From the NCBI GenBank assembly GCA_965199955.1, contig CBDATQ010000002.1:1280001-1344000 (forward strand): a stretch of DNA of 64,000 bases. The letters run 5' to 3'. The DNA is from Spirochaetia bacterium (GTDB lineage Bacteria > Spirochaetota > Spirochaetia > SZUA-6 > Bin103). Numbering within the stretch: position 1 is the stretch's first letter; every line of letters begins with the position of its first letter. The translations under genes and the position numbers were made by a program. Shown in pieces: positions 61,382-64,000 of the stretch. Below the pieces are notes generated by a model. The model did no database searches. It was not told the origin of the DNA and was given only the letters and a program-made list of their open reading frames with translations.

Positions 61382-61654
61382 TCAGGCAGGTCCATGGCGC
61401 TGCACAGCTATTTCGTTCGCCCGAGCGCGCATCTGCGAGGCATCGCGCCATGCCTGCATGCGCAGCAGCATGTCCATGCCGATGCCAAACGCCTTCTCGA
61501 TGCGCAGTGCCATCTCCGGAGACAGAGAAGCGCCACCGTTCAACAGGTCCGAGAGCGTCGCTCGACGAACCCCGAGAATCCCGGCCGCCCTTGCTATGGT
61601 CAGCCCCAATTCCTCGATTACCTCGAGCGGACGATCCGGCGGCGGATGCCGCAA
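61382..61654 (-). CDS. higA: HigA-family XRE antitoxin (N-terminus possibly degraded; no toxin seen)
   Basis: LGVRRATLSDLLNG..SPEMALRIEKAFG..LRMQ. Confidence 0.75.
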   Translation of the reverse strand: MRHPPPDRPLEVIEELGLTIARAAGILGVRRATLSDLLNGGASLSPEMALRIEKAFGIGMDMLLRMQAWRDASQMRARANEIAVQRHGPA

Positions 61655-61818
61655 CGCCGAGCCACTTCGAGCCTGCGCCGCCGCTGGTGCTCGATGCGGA
61701 GGATCGGACCAGTCCGTCGCCGGCGAGTCGCCTGCGGCGCCGCTCTTGCCGCTGACGCGGCAAACCCGACAGACTCCGCAGCATCCGGAACCACATCACC
61801 CGCTCCCGCCCGACGGTC

Positions 61819-63309
61819 CCGGACCTGCTCTACATCCACACCGACCAGCACAATCCGTTCGTCACCGGCTGCTACGGCGACGCCGTGGTCGACACGCCCC
61901 ATCTGGACGCCCTGGCGGGGGCGGGCACGGTGTTCGACGCGGCGTACTGCACGTCGCCGATCTGCGTGCCGTCGCGGATGTCGATGCTCACCGGGCGCCA
62001 TCCGCACCAGAACGGCGTGTGGACGAACGACCACATGCTGCCCTCCGACACGCCGACGATCGCGCACGCCATGGGGGCGGCCGGGCACCGTCCCGTGCTG
62101 ATCGGCCGCATGCACTCGGTCGGTCTCGACCAGTTGCACGGCTACGTCGACCGGCTGGTCGGCGATCACGCCGCCAACTACAGCGGGGGGGTTGCGCACG
62201 ACATGGGCGCGCTGGCCGGGACCGCCGGGCCGGAGCGGATCAGCCTGCGCCACGCCGGGGCGGGCCAGTCGCCGTACCAGGTGCACGACGAGTATGTGGC
62301 CGCGGCCACGGTCGACTGCTTCAACCGGATCGGGGTCAGGCGCCGCGCCGACGAGGAGGCTCCGTTCTGCCTGAGCGTCGGCCTGATGCTGCCGCATCCG
62401 CCGTACGTGGCGCGCCGGCCCGACTTCGACCGCTACGCGGGACGCGTGGCGCCGCCGCGCCATCCGGAGCCGTTCTCGGACCGCCTCCATCCGTACATCC
62501 GGGCGTGGCGCTCGGCCACGGGAATCGAAGCGGTCGGCGCCGCCGAGCAGGAGCGCGCCCGCGCCGCCTACTGGGGACTGGTGGCGCGCGTGGACGAACT
62601 GGTCGGCCAGATGCTTGCGGCGCTCGACGCCAACGGCCTCAGGGAGCGCTGCCTGGTGGTCTACACCTCCGACCACGGCGACATGGTCGGCGAGCACGGC
62701 CTGTGGTGGAAGCACGTGTTCTACGAAGAGTCGATCCGGGTGCCGCTCATCGTGTCCTGGCCCGGGGTGGTGGCGGCCGGGCGCCGCTGCGCGAACGTCG
62801 TCAGCGCCGTCGACGTCGCCGCCACGCTGGTGGACGCGATGGACGGGCCGCCGCTGCCCGGCTCGCCGGGGCGCAGCGTGCTCCCGTTGATCCGGGAGGA
62901 GAGCGCCGGCCGGACGCCCTCCGAGGCGTGGACCGACGAGGCGTTCGCCGAGTACTGCGCGGACCGCTACGTGCCGTCGGAGCCGGTCTTCCAGCGCATG
63001 GTGCGCAGCGGGCGCTGGAAGCTCGTCTACTACCACGGCGATCGGCCGCAGCTCTTCGACCTGCAGGACGATCCGCACGAGCTGCGCGACCGCGCCGGTG
63101 ACCCGGCGTGCGCGGACATCCGCGCCGCCCTGACGCAGCGCGTCATGGACGGCTGGGACCCGGAGGCGATCGCACGCCGGCTCCATGCCAAGGAGGCCGA
63201 CAACCGCCTCATAGAAGCGTGGGCGCGCTCGACGCGGCCCGCCGACACCCATCGCTGGCCGCTTCTGCCTTCGATGGCCAGGCTCGACGAACCGAATCCA
63301 GGAGACTGA
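61819..63309 (+). CDS. Sulfatase (choline-sulfatase-like); start codon unclear
   Basis: PDLLYIHTDQH, CVPSRMSMLTGR, GRMH, PHPP, SDHG. Confidence 0.85.
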   Translation, partial: PDLLYIHTDQHNPFVTGCYGDAVVDTPHLDALAGAGTVFDAAYCTSPICVPSRMSMLTGRHPHQNGVWTNDHMLPSDTPTIAHAMGAAGHRPVLIGRMHSVGLDQLHGYVDRLVGDHAANYSGGVAHDMGALAGTAGPERISLRHAGAGQSPYQVHDEYVAAATVDCFNRIGVRRRADEEAPFCLSVGLMLPHPPYVARRPDFDRYAGRVAPPRHPEPFSDRLHPYIRAWRSATGIEAVGAAEQERARAAYWGLVARVDELVGQMLAALDANGLRERCLVVYTSDHGDMVGEHGLWWKHVFYEESIRVPLIVSWPGVVAAGRRCANVVSAVDVAATLVDAMDGPPLPGSPGRSVLPLIREESAGRTPSEAWTDEAFAEYCADRYVPSEPVFQRMVRSGRWKLVYYHGDRPQLFDLQDDPHELRDRAGDPACADIRAALTQRVMDGWDPEAIARRLHAKEADNRLIEAWARSTRPADTHRWPLLPSMARLDEPNPGD

Positions 63310-63312
63310 CAT

Positions 63313-64000
63313 ATGCAACGATTCACCGTCTCGCGCGACGACCGCTACCACGAGGCGTGGCCGAGCGTCTGTATCGCCGCCAACGGCACGCTGGTGTGCT
63401 CCTACGCCGAAGCCGACCGGCACGGCGGCGGCGCCGTGCCCGGCGTCGTGGTGCGACTGAGCCAGGACGAGGGCGCCACCTGGTCCGAGCCGGTCGTCGT
63501 GGACACCCTGATGGACCGGCCCGACTGCGGGTACACGATGTGCCGGTCGGTCATCCGCCTGCAGGACGACTCGCTGCTGCTCGGCTGCGACTGGAACAAG
63601 ACCGACACGCTGCGCGGCCCGTCCGAGCGGTGGTACGCGCATCGCGGCATGCCCTGGGACTGGAGCTTCGACCCGGCCAACGGCCTGCTCCGGGAGGCGT
63701 GGCTGTACCGCAGCACCGATCACGGGCGGACCTGGACGGGACCCGAGCGCAGCGGCTGCATGACCGCCAGCCTCAACCTGAAACAGGTGAGCGACGGGAC
63801 TGTGTTCCTGTCCGGGACGCATTTTCACGTAGCCGGGTTGGAGGAAGCGCAGGTGCTGTACCGCTCGGACGACGGAGGCCGGACCTGGTCGGACGCGATC
63901 CCGGTGGTCGCGGACCGGCGGTTCCTCGCCGCGGAGGGGGACATCGTCGAGATGCCCGGCGGCGAGCTGGTCATGTACATCCGCAGCGACGACAACCCCG
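63313..64000 (+). CDS. Sialidase/BNR Asp-box protein (partial; runs off window)
   Basis: Asp boxes SQDEGATW, STDHGRTW, SDDGGRTW; AGGAG RBS. Confidence 0.85.
   Translation, partial: MQRFTVSRDDRYHEAWPSVCIAANGTLVCSYAEADRHGGGAVPGVVVRLSQDEGATWSEPVVVDTLMDRPDCGYTMCRSVIRLQDDSLLLGCDWNKTDTLRGPSERWYAHRGMPWDWSFDPANGLLREAWLYRSTDHGRTWTGPERSGCMTASLNLKQVSDGTVFLSGTHFHVAGLEEAQVLYRSDDGGRTWSDAIPVVADRRFLAAEGDIVEMPGGELVMYIRSDDNP

Overview
High-GC bacterial chromosomal segment dominated by catabolic genes: three enolase-superfamily enzymes, two sulfatases, two PhyH dioxygenases, Gfo/Idh/MocA and aldo-keto oxidoreductases, an IlvD/Edd dehydratase, a GH4 glycosidase, a sialidase-like protein, a 2-oxoacid dehydrogenase E1a/E1b/E2 set and a Dpp/Opp ABC operon. 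These are interleaved with toxin-antitoxin modules and many deletion-scarred gene remnants. A decayed defence island at about 39.3-45.1 kb holds IS remnants and a type I-E CRISPR array (18 identical 28-bp repeats, 17 spacers of 33 bp). One end of the array runs straight into the middle of cas5, followed by an intact cas6e. The other end is cut by an Rv2807-like DDE element. No cas1/2/3/7/8/11 is present in the window. Other notable points: an E2 subunit with the catalytic His replaced by Cys, a sulfatase-like protein with Thr at the nucleophile position, a sigma54/IHF-type promoter on hsp20 and several apparently leaderless genes. The gene repertoire resembles marine sponge symbiont genomes (weak inference). 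All family calls come from motif recognition by eye; no database searches were run. Several frameshifts lie in homopolymers and may be sequencing errors.
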